The notes below the pieces were generated by a model. That model was not told the DNA's origin. It saw nothing but the letters and a program-made list of their open reading frames with translations, and did not search any database. From positions 18,213 to 82,212 of the forward strand of contig NZ_CAXHZD010000006.1 of assembly GCF_964021855.1 (NCBI RefSeq): a stretch of DNA of 64,000 nt, written 5' to 3'. This DNA is from an uncultured Sulfitobacter sp. (GTDB taxonomy: Bacteria > Pseudomonadota > Alphaproteobacteria > Rhodobacterales > Rhodobacteraceae). Position 1 is the first letter of the stretch; every line of letters starts with the position of its first letter. The translations under genes were made by a program, and so were the position numbers. Shown here piece after piece: positions 44,326-54,742 of this stretch.

Positions 44326-47300
44326 ATGTATGTCAAACTTAAGGTGGATGAAGTGTTTAAGGCCGTGACTAACCGATTTATGAACGTACTGTTTAGCAGC
44401 ACAGCTGCTATTACAGCACTGTCGGCACCAGTGTTCGCTGAAACCTGTTCTGTGTCTCCTGACTTTGTCAACTGGGTTACATCTGGCACAGTACAGGGTC
44501 AAAACATAAACCAATCGGCCAGCCTGCAGTGGGGCTCAGCCTCTACTGACATTTCCATTTCCGGGCCGTTGTTTATTTTCGGGTCCGAGACATCAGTTAC
44601 CCGCATTTCTGAATATGCTGATTCACGTGGTACATATTCGGTAACGTTCAATTCGCCTGTTGTGCATGACCTCAACATCTTTTTGGGTAGTGTCGGGCGG
44701 AACGGTTTGCAGCCTCTTGAGTCCGGTATCATTGGCGATTTCAATATGCAGCTTTCCGGGGGCGGAACTGCCAGCAACTTGTTTGGGTCGGTCACGCCGC
44801 TCGACAATCAGGGGTATTTCCAGACTTTCGGGTCTGACACAGAAGGCATCGCGCCCACGGCGTTGACAGGGAACGGTGCCGACGGATTGCCGTTGGATGG
44901 CCGGTTCTGGGTGCATGACCCGAATCTTGCTGTCGGCGACCCAAGCAATGGTGGCGAAGATCAGGCCTATGGTATGATCGATCTCGCATATTCTACCCCA
45001 ACTGCGGTATCTGGAAGCTCCGATACAATTTCACAACTGACCATGCGACAGGTGGGAACCGGCGTTGGGCCTACTGTAACCTTGGGGGTGCAGGCGCGCT
45101 TGCGGACATGCATCAACGCATCAGATGATGACTTTTCGGCCACCCCAATTGATAGCGCTTCCGGAGGTACCACTGGTAGCGTTCTGACAGGTGACGCGCT
45201 GAACGGTGGTGCCGTGGATACAACTCCGATACTTGGTAACGTTGACCTAGCAGTGATTTCCGTACCAACGCCTACGGCGGGCGCAATTACTCTTGCGCCT
45301 GATACAGGCGACATCACAGTCGCGGCGGGCACGACGCCCGGTACATACTTTGTTGAATACAGCCTGACTGATCGACCAGCGGACGGGGCCCCGGCAAATA
45401 CCGATACCGCAACAGCAACTGTTGTTGTGACGGGGGAGCCACCAGTGGCGGAACCGCTCGTATGCACACCTGTGTCGGTTTTTGACCAGCCGAGCACTCA
45501 GCTGGCCGGATCAGGATCGGCGACGTCATTGACACCGTCCGATATATTTCTGTTCGAAGATGTCACAACCGATATAACTGGCGCGCCTATTGACGTGGTG
45601 TTTCAGTTAGAGAGTGTCTCCAATGCGACCGCTATCGCGCTCTCTACACAGATTGAGGCGCGGATGACGCCGACCGACAACGGGTATCTGACTTACCGCT
45701 TACGGTTGGTAGAAGACGGCACCGCAACAACCACAAATCCGCAGGGGGTAGCCATTGACCAGCGTAGGATCAAGGGAGTTGTGGTACAGCAGGTTGATGT
45801 CGACAGCAGGGGGACTGCGGACGATTCCTCGGATGTTGTAGGTCCGGTGGATCCAGTCAACGACATCTCATATTTCAACACAGCGCCTTTGTCTGGTTTC
45901 CCCGCGGCGGGCACTGTCATTGCGATGGACCCGGCCAAAGTCGGTGACCCGAACAACTGGCTAGACGAACCGAACGAAACGAATTTTGACAACTACGTAA
46001 CATATGATTTCGACACCTTTGTCGAGGCGCGTTTCATCCATGGCTATACTGGATCGTCGACGCGAGCTGCTACGCGGGGATCCGCGATTCTTCTTTGTGC
46101 CAACGCAGAAGGCTCGGCCAATGTGGTCGCCGAGGACGACGACTATACCTCTACCCCAGTTAACGCCCTTTTCGGGGGCAGTGCGGGTGAAGTGCTTACG
46201 AATGATACCTTCGAAGGCCTGCCAGCCCTATTGCCCGGTGTTACACTCGAGGTTTTGACAGAGGCTGTTCCTGCAAATGCAGGTGATCCTGTTCCATATC
46301 TGGTCACCAGCGGCGTTGATGCAGGGCGTGTTGTCGTGCCAACAGGCGTACCCGCCGGAGTTTATACAATCGACTATATATTGTGTGATGGGGTCAATAC
46401 GACCGATTGTGACAGCGCACGTGTTACACTAGCGGTGTTCGAAGGCGCTGGATTGGATTTCGGCGACGCGCCACTCAGCTATCTTGTTCCGTCACATACA
46501 ATCCCCTCGACACCGACAGTTTATCTTGGTTCGGTTGCACCCGATCCCGAGTTGATCGCACAGTCTGATGCTACTGCTACGGCGGACGACCTTACTGCAA
46601 CAGATGATGAAGACGGTGTCACTTTCCCGGTCCTTACTCAGGGCGTTGTCAGCACTCTAGACGTTGAAGTTACCGGCAGCGGTTATCTTCAGGCCTGGCT
46701 AGATTTTAATGGTGACGGTATTTTCGAAGCCCCGCTTGGAGAAAATATCGCAACCAATTTGCGTGACGACGGCACTGTATTTGACGATATCGCGGGCGAT
46801 GGGGTGATACAGGTAGATGTCTCGGTACCCGCTGAAGCTACTACAACGCTAACATTTGCTCGTTTTCGTTACGGAAGCGAACCGGATCTTGGCATTACAA
46901 GCTTAGCTCTTGATGGTGAGGTCGAAGATTATTCCCTTGTCATCACCGCTGCCGACCTTGTTGACCGTGGCGATGCGCCCGCCAGCTACGGCGACCCGCG
47001 CCATGTTGTGGTACCAGAAATTTATCTTGGTGCGGCACTTCCCGATACCGAAGTCACAACACAACATAGTATCGGGGCTGACGGCGATGACCTTGGCGAT
47101 CAGGATGACGAAGACGCTGTTGCAGGTTTTCCCACGCTCGTTGCGGGCACAACCATTCCCCTGACTGTCCGAACTCACGAGACTTTGAGCGTACAGTACG
47201 ACCTTGGATTGCCAGTGCTAGTACCTGGCGTCACCAACCTACAAATCTGGATCGACTTTGATCAGAATGGCGTGTTTGATACTTCTGAACAAGTGGCCGT

Positions 47301-50199
47301 CAATTATCGTGATGGTGGAACCGGCGACACCGACGGCATCTTTAACAACCAGATTACCTTAAATATCCCTGTACCAGCCGATATAGGAAACGGCAGCACT
47401 TATGCCCGCTTGCGCTGGTCTACCAGCAGTGCTGTCACCTCCGATCCGTTCGACGGCGTAAATCTGGATGGTGAGGTAGAGGATTATTTTGTGACGCTGT
47501 CTAACCCGAACGGACCGCTGACGTGTTCATCAGACTTTTTCATGATCGCGACCGAAACCGGAACGAATTTACCGTCTATGGAGAAGCTTTCTATCAGTGA
47601 AAGTGGCGGCACCTATACCCTTAGCCAAACGGGTTTGCCGCCTGACTATACCGGGAACTACCTTGTCACAGGCTGGGGTTATAACGAGTTGGACGGCTAT
47701 ATCTACGGTGTCGGTCAATCGCCCCGCAACCTATATCGGATCAGCGCATCCGGAGCAGTTAGGGCGGTCGCTGACATTTCAGGCCTGAGTCTTGAATCCC
47801 CAGATGCCACATCAGACATACTGCCCAACGGAATCTTGGTCTACAAGTCTGGCACTGACAATGGTCGCTATCAGCTGCTCGACATAACCGATCCGGCCAA
47901 TCCAGTGGCGCTTGGCGTGCTCAATGCTGGTGCAGGCGCGCCGTATGGTCGGGACATAGCCTATAACCCCCGCGATGGACTGATGTATTTCTTTGATCCG
48001 TCCCTAAATCTCTATTCGATGGATCCCAAAAACGGGGTGCCCGGATCAACAACGGTCAACCTAGTGAGTAATGTGCCGCTGCCGTCGGGGAAATTCTCGA
48101 TGGATATTGATTCAGTTTGGTTCGACGGCAGCGGTTTTATGTATGCCTTTGACAACCAGTCCCGGCAGGTATTCGCGATCGAAGTTGGTGCCGAGGGTAA
48201 CCGCCCCGCAAGCTATCAGTTTATCGAAGTGCAAGGCAGCGTCGACAATATCACTTACCAAGGCAACGATGGTGCCTCCTGTCGCGCGCCGGGTCCATTC
48301 GTGTCGAGCATCTTTCAAGAAGGCGCTATCTCAGGCACGCTATATTATGATGAAAATGCCTCTGGTCTACGCGATGTTTCAGAACCTCCTGCGCCTGCGG
48401 GTATTACAGTCACCGTGTATGACGACAATGGAACGCCCGACGATCCGGGCGATGACAACTTGTCCTTCACGACAGAAACAGCCGCTGACGGCAGCTATGC
48501 ATTCACTTCGATAAACTCCACTTTAACCTATCGGATCGAAGTCGATGTGAACGACCCCGAAATCCCTGCAGGCCGTAGTTTGTCTACCCCCAACCCATTG
48601 ACTGGCGTTTCTGTTACAACCGGAGGCGAGACGACCGACCAGGATTTCGGTTTCGTAACCGCGCCTGAGGCCGCCGATCTGTCGTTAACCAAAAGCGTGG
48701 TCCGTACGTCGGACCGTCAAACGGCAACACAGGCAGTCGCTGGTGAGGAATTGGAGTTTATCCTGACGGTTACTAACGACGGGCCGGGGGCAGCTACTGG
48801 TGTTCGCGTCCAAGACTTGCTGCCCGATGGTTTTGCATACGCTTCTGATACTGCGAGCGCGCAGGGTGACAGCTATGACGTCGGCACAGGAATTTGGGAG
48901 CTCGGCAATGTGCCCTCGGGTAGTAGCCACGTTCTGAACATTATCGTTACAATGCTGGACCGCGGACAACACACCAATACCGCCGAGATCATTGCCAGCT
49001 CTCTGCCCGATCCGGACAGTGATCCGACCGTTGGTGCGCTCGTCGATGACTTGGGCGACGGTTTGGCGGATGATGACGAGGCCAGCGTGACTGTGACCTT
49101 TACAGGTACAGGGGCGACACTCTCAGGTGTAGTATTCTTGGATAACGGAGCTGGCGGGAGCAGTGCTTTCGATGCCCAGCAATCAGGTGACGAACCCATT
49201 TCAGATAAAGCCATGATCGAGGTTTTGGACAGCGCAGGGGTATTGCTTAGCACGTCTGCGGTAGCTGCCGACGGTACTTGGACGCTGACGCTTCCCAATG
49301 ACTACGCCGATGAAATTACCCTTTCCGTACTGCCTGAAAATGGCCTGCGTACCGTGTCAGAAGCCACATCGTCTCTGCCCGGCTTAACAAACTCTAACGC
49401 ACGCGACGGGTCGTTTTCCTTTACGCCGGTCGCAGGCACATCCTATGAAGAATTGAACTTTGGCCTTATCGAAGAAGCTAGGTTGAACCTTGATCAGCAA
49501 ACGGCAATCCAACCTAGTCAGGTCGTTTCCTTGCGCCATGAATATGTGGCGCATGCGACAGGTACAGTGACTTTTGACGTTGAAGCTTTAGCGAGTGCAA
49601 GTGCCGCGGCTTTCTCAAGCGGGCTATTTCTGGATGGGGACTGCGACGGTGATGCCGATACCCCCATCACTGATCCTATTGCCATTCAGGCTAACACGAC
49701 CCTCTGCGTGATCGTGCGGGTCTCGGCATCTTCAGCGGTCGCCCCATCTTCATCGTATAGTTTTGATCTCATTAGCCAGACAGTCTATGGTATTTCGGGC
49801 CTGACTGAAGAAGACCGAAACACCGATCGCGTGGTGGTTGCATCATCGCAAGGCGCTTTAAAGCTCACAAAAACAGTACGTAATATCAGCCAAGGTACAG
49901 CCGAAGGGATTTCCAATAATGCGGCTGCCGGCGACGTGTTGGAATATCGAATTTATCTTGAAAATATTGGAGAACTCCCGTCAGCCGATATTGTTATTTA
50001 TGACAGGACACCGCCTTACACGGTTCTTTCGGAAGGGGTCCCAAGTCCCATCATGCTTGGTAATGACGTCACCTGTAGCAGCACCGCACCCGGGTCAGAC
50101 AGCTCCGGTTATCAAGGTACTCTTCGGTGGGATTGCACCGGGCTTTACGAACCGGGACAAAGCGCATTCGTGACATTCCAAGTTAAGATCGCTCCTTGA
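44326..50199 (+). CDS. Large secreted adhesin-like protein: two GEVED-type domains, beta-propeller-like region, SdrD-B-like and DUF11 repeats
   Basis: The likely start is the GTG at 44353 (AAGGTGGA at 44341-48) or the ATG at 44380. The signal peptide is MNVLFSSTAAITALSAPVFA. GEVED-type motifs are DFGDAPLSY...DDEDGVTFP...LDGEVEDYSLVI and DRGDAPASYG...DDEDAVAGFP...LDGEVEDYFVTL. The SdrD-B-like segment is GTLYYDENASGLRDVSEPPAPAGITVTVYDDNG. The DUF11 segment is ADLSLTKSVV...GEELEFILTVTNDGPGAATGVRVQDLLPDGF. Confidence 0.9.
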   Translation: MYVKLKVDEVFKAVTNRFMNVLFSSTAAITALSAPVFAETCSVSPDFVNWVTSGTVQGQNINQSASLQWGSASTDISISGPLFIFGSETSVTRISEYADSRGTYSVTFNSPVVHDLNIFLGSVGRNGLQPLESGIIGDFNMQLSGGGTASNLFGSVTPLDNQGYFQTFGSDTEGIAPTALTGNGADGLPLDGRFWVHDPNLAVGDPSNGGEDQAYGMIDLAYSTPTAVSGSSDTISQLTMRQVGTGVGPTVTLGVQARLRTCINASDDDFSATPIDSASGGTTGSVLTGDALNGGAVDTTPILGNVDLAVISVPTPTAGAITLAPDTGDITVAAGTTPGTYFVEYSLTDRPADGAPANTDTATATVVVTGEPPVAEPLVCTPVSVFDQPSTQLAGSGSATSLTPSDIFLFEDVTTDITGAPIDVVFQLESVSNATAIALSTQIEARMTPTDNGYLTYRLRLVEDGTATTTNPQGVAIDQRRIKGVVVQQVDVDSRGTADDSSDVVGPVDPVNDISYFNTAPLSGFPAAGTVIAMDPAKVGDPNNWLDEPNETNFDNYVTYDFDTFVEARFIHGYTGSSTRAATRGSAILLCANAEGSANVVAEDDDYTSTPVNALFGGSAGEVLTNDTFEGLPALLPGVTLEVLTEAVPANAGDPVPYLVTSGVDAGRVVVPTGVPAGVYTIDYILCDGVNTTDCDSARVTLAVFEGAGLDFGDAPLSYLVPSHTIPSTPTVYLGSVAPDPELIAQSDATATADDLTATDDEDGVTFPVLTQGVVSTLDVEVTGSGYLQAWLDFNGDGIFEAPLGENIATNLRDDGTVFDDIAGDGVIQVDVSVPAEATTTLTFARFRYGSEPDLGITSLALDGEVEDYSLVITAADLVDRGDAPASYGDPRHVVVPEIYLGAALPDTEVTTQHSIGADGDDLGDQDDEDAVAGFPTLVAGTTIPLTVRTHETLSVQYDLGLPVLVPGVTNLQIWIDFDQNGVFDTSEQVAVNYRDGGTGDTDGIFNNQITLNIPVPADIGNGSTYARLRWSTSSAVTSDPFDGVNLDGEVEDYFVTLSNPNGPLTCSSDFFMIATETGTNLPSMEKLSISESGGTYTLSQTGLPPDYTGNYLVTGWGYNELDGYIYGVGQSPRNLYRISASGAVRAVADISGLSLESPDATSDILPNGILVYKSGTDNGRYQLLDITDPANPVALGVLNAGAGAPYGRDIAYNPRDGLMYFFDPSLNLYSMDPKNGVPGSTTVNLVSNVPLPSGKFSMDIDSVWFDGSGFMYAFDNQSRQVFAIEVGAEGNRPASYQFIEVQGSVDNITYQGNDGASCRAPGPFVSSIFQEGAISGTLYYDENASGLRDVSEPPAPAGITVTVYDDNGTPDDPGDDNLSFTTETAADGSYAFTSINSTLTYRIEVDVNDPEIPAGRSLSTPNPLTGVSVTTGGETTDQDFGFVTAPEAADLSLTKSVVRTSDRQTATQAVAGEELEFILTVTNDGPGAATGVRVQDLLPDGFAYASDTASAQGDSYDVGTGIWELGNVPSGSSHVLNIIVTMLDRGQHTNTAEIIASSLPDPDSDPTVGALVDDLGDGLADDDEASVTVTFTGTGATLSGVVFLDNGAGGSSAFDAQQSGDEPISDKAMIEVLDSAGVLLSTSAVAADGTWTLTLPNDYADEITLSVLPENGLRTVSEATSSLPGLTNSNARDGSFSFTPVAGTSYEELNFGLIEEARLNLDQQTAIQPSQVVSLRHEYVAHATGTVTFDVEALASASAAAFSSGLFLDGDCDGDADTPITDPIAIQANTTLCVIVRVSASSAVAPSSSYSFDLISQTVYGISGLTEEDRNTDRVVVASSQGALKLTKTVRNISQGTAEGISNNAAAGDVLEYRIYLENIGELPSADIVIYDRTPPYTVLSEGVPSPIMLGNDVTCSSTAPGSDSSGYQGTLRWDCTGLYEPGQSAFVTFQVKIAP

Positions 50200-50282
50200 T
50201 TGGCGCGCGGCGGCATTGAAAATTGCGCCTTCCAATTGTACGGGGATTTAGTGTTGATCGTACCTGCTCCCCAATGGAGTTG

Positions 50283-51212
50283 CTACGTTGGCTTAGTCTC
50301 TTTCAGGAACAAAGATCGTTGGCTTTTCTTAATGTAAGTCCAAGCAATGAAACGGCTCGTTTTTTGGCCTTGTGCCATTTCGACTACTTTAAAATCAGCG
50401 ACTTTGGCTTTCCTTAAAATTCTGTGAAGTGGTTGAAGGTTGTCCTTTTTCGAAACCAACGAGCTAAACCAAAGGCACTGGTCGGCGAACTCCATGCTCT
50501 GTTCAACCATGCGGGCGATAAACTTGATCTCGCCACCCGGGCACCAAAGCTCGGCATTCTGTCCACCAAAATTAAGCTTTTTTGAATTCCCTTTGCCGAG
50601 GTTGCTCCACTTACGTTGGGTGCCTTTATTGGCTTTTTCGAGGGAGGCATGGAAGGGCGGGTTGCACAGGGTGATGTGAAAAACATCGTCGGGTTTGATC
50701 ACGCCTCTGAAGATATCCTCGCGGTTGTTTTGTTGTCTTAGGGCGATGTTCAACTTGTTGGATTGGCAAATTTGCTGCGCCGATTTGAGAGCGGCCGGAT
50801 CAATATCGACGCCAGTGAAGTGCCAGCCGTATTCGCTCTGGCCTGTAAGGGGGTATACCAAGCTCGCACCTGTGCCGATGTCGAGCGCTTTGATATTAGG
50901 TCCGCGCGGGATTTCTTGGTTGTTGCTGGAGGCAAGCAGGTCCGCCAGATAATGGATGTAGTCGACACGACCGGGAATAGGAGGGCATAGATAATTGGCA
51001 GGAATATCCCAATAATTAATGCTGTAATACGTCTTTAGCAGCGCCCGATTAAGCATACGCACCGCCCCCGCGTCCTGAAAATCAATTGTCGTCTGACCGA
51101 CAGGGTTACTGACCGTAAAAGCCTCAAGTTCAGGTGAATCCGCCACCAACCGCGCAAAATCGTAGCCGTCCCTGTGTCGGTTGCGAGGGTGCAGCTTGGT
51201 TTTATTGGCCAT
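50283..51212 (-). CDS. rlmF: 23S rRNA (adenine1618-N6)-methyltransferase
   Basis: It is collinear with E. coli RlmF/YbiN as I remember it: LHPRNRH..YDF, NYWDIPANYLCPPIPGRVDYIHYLADLL, LCNPPFH, NFGGQNAELWCPGGE, MAQGQKTSRFIAWT. Confidence 0.93.
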   Translation of the reverse strand: MANKTKLHPRNRHRDGYDFARLVADSPELEAFTVSNPVGQTTIDFQDAGAVRMLNRALLKTYYSINYWDIPANYLCPPIPGRVDYIHYLADLLASSNNQEIPRGPNIKALDIGTGASLVYPLTGQSEYGWHFTGVDIDPAALKSAQQICQSNKLNIALRQQNNREDIFRGVIKPDDVFHITLCNPPFHASLEKANKGTQRKWSNLGKGNSKKLNFGGQNAELWCPGGEIKFIARMVEQSMEFADQCLWFSSLVSKKDNLQPLHRILRKAKVADFKVVEMAQGQKTSRFIAWTYIKKSQRSLFLKETKPT

Positions 51213-51638
51213 GGGAAAGCCTTTGTTAAAGTTGGTTGAGGTGCCTTGCCAGACCGCGTGTTGAATTTAAACCCTTATCTATAAATAGCAAAAGTAATAG
51301 GGTGACAGGGAAAGCCGACCTTCGATGCAGTCGTAAAGAGATGTCTGTGGGGTCGAACCGATATGCCGCGTGGGACAGGTTGCCCTCTCGACTTGCTATG
51401 CCACTGGCCATGCCCTCATCGTGAGGGTTCTGGATATTGCGCTGGAAAGGCCCGGCTATGCGTCAGTAACCTCGACAGTCTTGCCGCGCTGAGTGGTCGT
51501 CGGCTTTCCGGAGCATATCGCGACAATGTGCTGGGGGCACCTCATGTAACTTGATGCACGAATAAGTTGCAAAAAACCTCAACTCCGATAGCCTTTTGCT
51601 CCTGCCTGTCCAACGGGCGAGATATCTGGGAGGATAAT

Positions 51639-52751
51639 ATGACAAAGACTGCATGCGCCGCGATTGCTTTGGCCGTTGCTGGAGTTCCGGCTTTTGCCGA
51701 AACAGACTTTTCAGGGGTTCTGGAGAAGATTAATCTGCCTGACGGCTTCAAGATCGAAGTTTTCGCTGAAATGCCCAAAGCCCGTTCCATTGTGGTGGGC
51801 AAGCCGAACGGTGTTGTTTACGTCGGATCACGGCATGGGAACATCTATTCGATGGTGGATTCCAACCGCGACGGTGTGGCCGATGAAGTCAGCGAACGTG
51901 TCACCGGCTTGAATGTACCCAACGGCGTTGCGATGCAGGACGGGATGCTTTTTGTTGGTATGCAGGACCGCATCGCCATGTGGCCAATTCCAGCAGAGTT
52001 TGACACCGCTTTGCCGCTTGATCCACTGGTGAGTGTCTATGAGGGTATCGATTCCGGCTTCCTGCACGGCTGGCGCTATATCAAATTCGGGCCGGACCGG
52101 AAGCTCTATGTCTCCCTTGGCGCGCCTTGCAATATCTGCGATTTGGCCGATAATACCGGCAAAATCATTCGCATGAACGCCGATGGTTCGGACGTTGAGG
52201 TTGTTGCGGACGGCGTGCGCAATTCCGTAGGCTTTGACTGGCATCCCGTCACGGGCGAGTTGTGGTTCACTGACAATGGCGCGGACGGCATGGGCGATGA
52301 CACGCCCCCGGATGAGTTGAACCGCGTGACTACCGTGGGCGCGCATTTCGGCTTTCCGTATTTTGGCGGCAAGGACACCAAGCTCACGGGCTATGAAGAC
52401 AAGGAGCCCAGCATGGCGGTCACTCCTGCCGTGATTGAATTTCAGGCGCATTCTGCCAATCTTGGGATTGAGTTCTACAACGGCTCCATGTTCCCGTCCG
52501 AGTACCAGAACGATGCCTTTGTCGCCCAGCACGGATCGTGGAATCGCACGTCACCTGTCGGCTATCAGATCATGCGGATCAAGTTCGATGAAGCAGGGAA
52601 CGCGGTGGGCAAAGAAGTTTTTGCCGACGACTGGTTACAAGGCGAAAGCGCCGTGGGCCGTGTGACGGACATCGCGGAAATGGCAGATGGATCATTGCTG
52701 GTCTCCGACGATTTTGCGAATGTCGTCTACCGGATCAGCTATGATCGCTAA
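51639..52751 (+). CDS. PQQ-dependent sugar (sorbosone/aldose) dehydrogenase family protein, periplasmic
   Basis: The ATG at 51639 has GGGAGGA upstream. The signal peptide is MTKTACAAIALAVAGVPAFA. Beta-propeller motifs are RNSVGFDWHPVTGELWFTDNGADGMGDDTPPDELNRV and GAHFGFPY. Confidence 0.8.
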   Translation: MTKTACAAIALAVAGVPAFAETDFSGVLEKINLPDGFKIEVFAEMPKARSIVVGKPNGVVYVGSRHGNIYSMVDSNRDGVADEVSERVTGLNVPNGVAMQDGMLFVGMQDRIAMWPIPAEFDTALPLDPLVSVYEGIDSGFLHGWRYIKFGPDRKLYVSLGAPCNICDLADNTGKIIRMNADGSDVEVVADGVRNSVGFDWHPVTGELWFTDNGADGMGDDTPPDELNRVTTVGAHFGFPYFGGKDTKLTGYEDKEPSMAVTPAVIEFQAHSANLGIEFYNGSMFPSEYQNDAFVAQHGSWNRTSPVGYQIMRIKFDEAGNAVGKEVFADDWLQGESAVGRVTDIAEMADGSLLVSDDFANVVYRISYDR

Positions 52752-53070
52752 GTGGTACCTTGCAGGCGGGCTGATGCTCGCCTCAACCGCTCCGACTTTG
52801 GCGCAGGATGCCAAAGTAGGGCGGGACAAAGCGCAGCAATGCAGCCTGTGCCACGGTGAGTTGGGGATCGCGAACGTGCCCAATGCGCCAAACCTCGCAG
52901 GTGAAAATGCGTCTTATATAGCGGCCCAGCTCAAGGCGTTCCGGGGCGGCAAACGGGAACATCATCAGATGACGATCATCGCGTCCGGATTGACGGACGA
53001 GGACATTGCGGATCTCTCGGCATGGTTCGCCAAAATTAAGGTCGAGGTAACGGCACCGGAATTGGACTGA
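52741..53070 (+). CDS. Class I c-type cytochrome (monohaem)
   Basis: The haem-binding motif is CSLCHG. The signal peptide is MIAKWYLAGGLMLASTAPTLA. It contains PNLAGENASYIAAQLKAFRGGKREHHQM. The ATG at 52741 overlaps the end of the dehydrogenase gene. Confidence 0.85.
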   Translation: MIAKWYLAGGLMLASTAPTLAQDAKVGRDKAQQCSLCHGELGIANVPNAPNLAGENASYIAAQLKAFRGGKREHHQMTIIASGLTDEDIADLSAWFAKIKVEVTAPELD

Positions 53071-53933
53071 GATTTGTTCTTGGTCCGGGCCATCGCCTAC
53101 CTGCCGCTTGCGTGGGCAATGGCCGGCCCTAGCTGAGAGCTCTGGTTATGGTCTCTTAGCGGCTCCCTGCCGCTGAATGCTTAGGTCGAAACCACGTGTC
53201 ACGCTGGTGTCCGAAACTCGGTATTCATTCTTGCGTTCAATTATCGCCCTGCAAGCGGTCGGAACCCAGTGTCGTTTCGGCACCGTTGTATCTTGGAAAG
53301 AACCAAACCTTTCACTAATGTGTAGAAAAGCGGGGTCCCATAATGGCCGAAATCTTGGCGCTTGCCAGCGCGAACCTTTTGTCGCCGATCATCTTGTCAT
53401 TAGGCTTGAACGATTGGATGCGCTTTTGGAATCTGCCTTTGCGGTCGTTGAACGGCATATTGGTGTCGTCTCTGTCAGCGATACGCTTGTCCTTCGGGCA
53501 GAACGTTTCTGACGATCTTCGTGCCTAAGCTGCTCGTGTCTTTCTCGTCATTCGCTCCTTTTTTGGCTACATTGAACAACGAACACCTTCTTAGACAATG
53601 TCTTTGGTTAGGTTCATTCGCGTTGATGCCAGACATCTGAAGCAGTGCAACCATAGGTGTATCAATCCAACCGAATCTCGAGCGCCCTGATGTTCCGCTG
53701 ATGGTGTTGCGGTTTAGCCGAGGGGGCGGGAGCTGTGCACCAGAGCCTAATGTTTGAGGTATCTGGTTTTATAGAGCTTTGTTCTATTAGGACTTTTCCT
53801 AGTATATTGTTGGTTAAATAAGGGGATATCCTCTTAATTACCTAGATAAACTGGACTATTGACTCATATTTGTTGGTCAAATAGCGTGCCTTTAACAGAT
53901 CCACACTCAGGACCTGCTCACAAGGGAAGCCTA

Positions 53934-54662
53934 ATGAACACGTCGTCCTTAGATGTTGAAGAGCAAGAGCCACGTTCCGTTGTTGATGACGTTGTGGCGC
54001 AGATGCGCGAGCTGATCAGTGAACGTGGTTTGACCGTCGGCGATCAATTGCCCACTGAAAAAGAACTGTGCGAGGCGTTCGGTGCATCACGAAATACCGT
54101 CCGCGAGGCAATGCGTATTTTAAAGGCATACGGCGTCGTTAAGGTGCGCCAGAAAGTTGGTGCAACCATTGTCGACAACAGAATGTCTTCGGCGATGGAG
54201 ATGTTCTCGTTCAACGTCATGGAGATCTCCCGCGACACCTTTTCAGACATTCAGGGCTTTCGCTGCCTGCTTGAGGTTTCATCGGTTGAAGAGCTTTTCG
54301 ACAAAATCACGGACGAAGACATTGGAGACCTGCGCGACATCAACGCCAAGCTTTTAACGACCGAAGGAGTCGAATTCGCAGCGGAGCAAGATTTCCTGTT
54401 TCATACCAGATTGATACAGGTCCTGCGCAACAAGGCTATTTTAGATGTCTACGGCTTGATGAAGCCGGTGATCCTTAGGATTATTCAAAAGGGCAAGACG
54501 CGGCGCACTTTTGAAAATGACACCTACCGCGAACATGAGGAGGTTATTGACGCCATCGCTGCGCGTGACCGCATCGCCTACCAATACCTGATGAAGACCC
54601 ACCTCGAAGCGGGCTACGCGCATTTCAACGTCACTGATCCGTTCCCAGAAAAACCAAAATAA
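53934..54662 (+). CDS. GntR-family transcriptional regulator (FadR/FCD subfamily)
   Basis: The ATG at 53934 follows AAGGGAAG. The wHTH reads GDQLPTEKELCEAFGASRNTVREAMRILKAYGVVKVRQKVGATI, and the C-terminus is a helical FCD-like domain. Confidence 0.85.
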   Translation: MNTSSLDVEEQEPRSVVDDVVAQMRELISERGLTVGDQLPTEKELCEAFGASRNTVREAMRILKAYGVVKVRQKVGATIVDNRMSSAMEMFSFNVMEISRDTFSDIQGFRCLLEVSSVEELFDKITDEDIGDLRDINAKLLTTEGVEFAAEQDFLFHTRLIQVLRNKAILDVYGLMKPVILRIIQKGKTRRTFENDTYREHEEVIDAIAARDRIAYQYLMKTHLEAGYAHFNVTDPFPEKPK

Positions 54663-54742
54663 CAAAGAGAGGTCCAGAAGCGTCCAATGCACGGTTGGCA
54701 AAACCGGCCGGCACTACACACCAACGTCTAAGGGAGAGAAGA

